A stretch of DNA of 29,134 bases from a virus. Its lineage: Duplodnaviria > Caudoviricetes. Shown here piece by piece: positions 26,530 through 29,134 of the stretch. Both the position numbers and the translations under genes were made by a program. A model generated the notes under the pieces. That model did no database searches, was not told the origin of the DNA, and was given only the letters and a program-made list of their open reading frames with translations. The stretch covers positions 1 through 29,134 of the IMG/VR virus record IMGVR_UViG_3300025093_001724; one strand, 5' to 3'. Each line of letters starts with the position of its first letter. Within the stretch, counting starts at the first letter, position 1.

Positions 26530-26626
26530 TGGAAAAAAATATAAACGCCGAAATTTCGCGCGCCGTTTTTTTGTATTGACCCGCCGGTCCGGCAAGCGAG
26601 ACCGCCGACTTTTGACCGCCCCCCCC
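26530..26626. other. Probable cos/packaging region
   Basis: Non-coding gap between HNH and terS with G-run GGGGGGGGCGGTCAAAAGT..GGACCGGCG (minus), palindrome CGAAATTTCG 26549-26558 and A/T tracts; expected cos position in HK97-like phages; exact cut not identifiable. Confidence 0.55.
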
Positions 26627-27024
26627 TACTGCCGAAGCTGCTCGGCCAGCCGCAGCGCGACCGGACTGTCGAGCCAGAGATCGGCCAACGCGATTTCCCC
26701 GCGCAACCACATCAACTCAAGCCGTTGCTTGACCACATCGTGGTGCCAACGACACGACGACTGCCAATGACTGGTGTCCCAGAACTTCGCCTGGTCGCCT
26801 TTGTGTGGCTCCACGTGATCGGTCAGCTCGGCTGCAACAACGAAACCAGCAGCCTCGCAACCACGGCAAAGTGGATGACGACGGCGATGCGAACGCGCCG
26901 CCTTGTCCCATCGCGTGTCGTAGCCGCGTTCGCGCGCTGAGCCACGCCGATTGTCGAACGATCTGTTCTGTTCCTGACGAGAGGGCTGGGATCGCAGGCG
27001 GAAGCGCTTCGGCGAAGAAGCCAT
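26626..27024 (-). CDS. HNH endonuclease (HK97 gp74-like terminase accessory)
   Basis: RGSARERGYDTRW, HPLCRGC, TDHVEPHKGD..FWD..WQSSCRWHH. Confidence 0.93.
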   Translation of the reverse strand: MASSPKRFRLRSQPSRQEQNRSFDNRRGSARERGYDTRWDKAARSHRRRHPLCRGCEAAGFVVAAELTDHVEPHKGDQAKFWDTSHWQSSCRWHHDVVKQRLELMWLRGEIALADLWLDSPVALRLAEQLRQ

Positions 27025-27037
27025 GCCCACACCCCGG

Positions 27038-27073
27038 AAACAACAAAGGCGCCGCGGGTTTCCCGAAGCGCCT
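27038..27073 (-). terminator. Putative leader terminator upstream of HNH
   Basis: Minus strand AGGCGC-TT-CGGG-AAA-CCCG-CG-GCGCCT followed by TTGTTGTTT. Confidence 0.55.
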
Positions 27074-27099
27074 ATCTGCAGACCTGATTTGTTGTGGTG

Positions 27100-27129
27100 A
27101 AGCTATGTCAATTTTTACGGAGCCGTCAA
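27100..27129 (-). promoter_or_regulatory. Putative sigma70-type late promoter
   Basis: TTGACG-N18-TAGCTT on minus strand, with a second TTGACA inside the spacer. Confidence 0.45.
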
Positions 27130-27711
27130 CACCCCTTCTTTCTTCTCCCAAGGGCGCGCCGCAACCTCCGGCCCGATGGCCTCATGGTCGACCATCTCTG
27201 CGTTGAGCAGCGGCACCAGGTCGACCAGGGCATAGCGCCACACATCATAGGCCCGGCGCGCCTCCTCGACCTCGACCGGGTCTACACCTTCAAGCACCGG
27301 CGGCGCATAACCGATGAAGCCCTTCTTGGCATCGCTGTCGATATAGAGCTTCTTCGGGTGGCCATTCCTGTCGACCTGGTCGATCCACCGGCCCGGCCCC
27401 TCCTCAATCCAGTCGGGTCGCGTCGCGTTGCGAGCATGCTTGATCACCAGCACCCAGGCGTCGGAAGGCAACGCCATCACCGCGTCGTAGATCACCGCTG
27501 CATCCTCATGGCACTGGACCGCCATGTGCATCGCCCCAGCCGATGACGTTTGCACCCGACACCCCAACGCCAGTATCTGCGCCAGATTGCTTTCGGGTGA
27601 CGCACTCAACCCCGACGGCATTAACCGCGCCGCCACAGCCTCGATCTTCTGGTCACGAAACGCCCAGATCAACAGGTCTTCTACGTCCATTGCCTTTGGC
27701 ATTAGAGCCAA
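27115..27711 (-). CDS. Conserved phage protein, possible late-gene regulator/antiterminator
   Basis: 198 aa, GGGAGG SD; DVEDLLIWAF and HEDA..IYDAV motifs; Q-equivalent position; function inferred from position only. Confidence 0.7.
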   Translation of the reverse strand: MALMPKAMDVEDLLIWAFRDQKIEAVAARLMPSGLSASPESNLAQILALGCRVQTSSAGAMHMAVQCHEDAAVIYDAVMALPSDAWVLVIKHARNATRPDWIEEGPGRWIDQVDRNGHPKKLYIDSDAKKGFIGYAPPVLEGVDPVEVEEARRAYDVWRYALVDLVPLLNAEMVDHEAIGPEVAARPWEKKEGVLTAP

Positions 27712-28033
27712 ACCTCCCTTTGGGATGGTTCTGGGATATTCAGAAGGGAATATCCCCCGGAAAAAGCGAAGCGATCAGAGGGTGTTATAGAGGGTGGAAC
27801 ACTCGGGACGGTCTGCCGTGACACATAAGGACAATTTCAGCCCCAGACCCCAATGGAAACACCCCACACCCCTTCCCCCATACTATACGCGAGCGGGCAC
27901 AGTCCCGACCCTCCCAAATTCGGCGCAAAGCGTTGATTTGGCTATTGTAATTGGATTGGGACTTTTGCATTCACCATCCCGCAAATCTCCCAAACCTCTA
28001 TCGCGCCGCGTGAGCGGCGGGAGGTTTGGGACT
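27710..28033. repeat. Cluster of short (A/C)C(A/C)TCCC-like repeats in both orientations plus long hairpin
   Basis: AAACCTCCC 27710, GGGATGGT 27722, ACCCTCCC 27908, ACCATCCC 27973, GGGAGGTTT 28019; inverted repeat 27988-27998/28021-28031. Confidence 0.5.
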
Positions 28034-28115
28034 GCCTTTTCTCTTGTCTGAGGGGGTGCGGGGGCGCAGGCGCAGGGGCGGCGAATCGTCCCTGCGGGGC
28101 TCTATGGGCGAAGGG

Positions 28116-28871
28116 TCAGCCCATCATCTCGCTGATATGCTTGAGGCGAATGCCCAGATATTGGACGGTGTTCGAGGTGGTCTTGCGCTGCCCCAGCTCG
28201 GCCATGCAGCGCCCGAAGGCCGCCATGGTCATGCCAGGCCCGTTCTGCTTGGCCAGCCATTGCTCAAAATCGCGGTAGAGCACCGAGGCTTGCACGCGGC
28301 TGGATCGATCCTCGGCCGTGCGCTCGGCCAGCCATTGCCGAACAAAGTCAATCCCTTGCAGTGCCCCGCCGCGCATGGGTGGCGGCTCCTCCAGGCCAGT
28401 GGGCAGGCCGAGAACGCTCCACAGCGCCTGCGCCGCCTTGCGGCCTGCGGTCAATCGGGCCTCGCGCACCAGCTGGATTTTGGCCCCGATCGCCTCCCAG
28501 TCGAAGGTCTCGGCGGGGTCCGGGGTATAGCGGCCGGTCTTGCGGATCTGCGGCAGCAGCTCGGCCGTCACCCATTTGCGGAAGCGATGCGCCGGCGAGC
28601 CGGGCGTGGTGGCCTGGCGGGAGCGCAGGATCAGGGTGTAGAGCCCGCCTTCCGTGACGAGCAGCATCTCTTGGTCTCCAGAGGGGGTAGGGATTAAACC
28701 CCTACCCTTCTCATCATCATCGAGTGGCTCGACAGCATCGGAAGGGTCCTTGATTGCCAGGACTGCGCACACATCCTTGGCAACAAACCAGGGCTCGCCC
28801 TCACGCAGCACCACGCGCACGGCATGGCTTTGCCCATCATCCTCGAACACGAAATTCTGTAGACTTGTCAT
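28116..28871 (-). CDS. BRO-N antirepressor-like protein with C-terminal D5/P4-primase-type winged helix
   Basis: EPWFVAKDVCAVL, TEGGLYTLILRSR, FRKWVTAELLPQIRKTGRY; C-terminal VRQWLAER..RVQASVLYRDFEQW..FGRCMAELG..YLGIRLK. Confidence 0.88.
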   Translation of the reverse strand: MTSLQNFVFEDDGQSHAVRVVLREGEPWFVAKDVCAVLAIKDPSDAVEPLDDDEKGRGLIPTPSGDQEMLLVTEGGLYTLILRSRQATTPGSPAHRFRKWVTAELLPQIRKTGRYTPDPAETFDWEAIGAKIQLVREARLTAGRKAAQALWSVLGLPTGLEEPPPMRGGALQGIDFVRQWLAERTAEDRSSRVQASVLYRDFEQWLAKQNGPGMTMAAFGRCMAELGQRKTTSNTVQYLGIRLKHISEMMG

Positions 28872-29134
28872 GCGTCACTCCTTTCCACGTCCAGTTCACG
28901 ACAGATGCTGTCCAGCATGTGGTTGAAGGCCTGCGCCTCTTCCGCCTTGGCCTTGGTGATCGCGCGCGATCCCGGCCGGAATTCGCGGCGCAGCGTGCGC
29001 AGCCGCACCGTGGTCCAGCGCCATTGCTGCATGGCCGCCATCAGCGGCGCCGATATGGTCAGCGGGTCGGGAAGCGGCGCGGGGGCCGGTGCGGCAACGG
29101 TGGGCAGCGCCACCAAAGGCGCGGCGGCGAGGGC
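28868..29134 (-). CDS. Hypothetical phage protein, 5' end probably outside window
   Basis: Frame open to window edge (ALAAAPLVALP...); ATGA overlap with BRO gene. Confidence 0.55.
   Translation of the reverse strand, partial: ALAAAPLVALPTVAAPAPAPLPDPLTISAPLMAAMQQWRWTTVRLRTLRREFRPGSRAITKAKAEEAQAFNHMLDSICRELDVERSDA

Larger units (their letters stand above)
708..29134 (-). mobile_element. HK97-like siphovirus prophage, late region; continues past the right edge of the window
   Basis: Contiguous co-oriented HNH-terS-terL-portal-protease-capsid-connector-tail-lysis gene order; att-like tRNA 3' remnant at 708-720. Confidence 0.95.

Overview
Almost the whole window (about 708 to beyond 29134) is the late, minus-strand half of an HK97-like siphovirus prophage. 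The host is probably a high-GC alphaproteobacterium (Rhizobiales-like), inferred from gene style. Right to left it carries: a BRO-N regulator, a putative late regulator with promoter and terminator, HNH, terminases, portal, protease, capsid, a head-accessory cluster with an SGNH esterase, connector and tail genes, tape measure, tail tip, tail fibre, a moron region (NHL protein, SAM methyltransferase, small ORFs), the lysis cassette and a Zn-ribbon ORF. The left prophage end appears to be an att site made of a tRNA-fMet-like 3' end plus its terminator. A probable host gene for a secreted protein lies beyond it (1-414). Four observations stand out. (1) The phage arm of the att site reads LVAGARNNRTPTFVLAA*, a possible excision-dependent C-terminus with a ClpXP-type LAA degron for an integrase outside the window. 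(2) An orphan, diverged second copy of the tail-fibre tip is present. (3) An exact 18-bp direct repeat brackets that orphan tip and the methyltransferase. (4) An SGNH esterase sits among the head genes. All family assignments come from motif recognition by eye; no searches were run.
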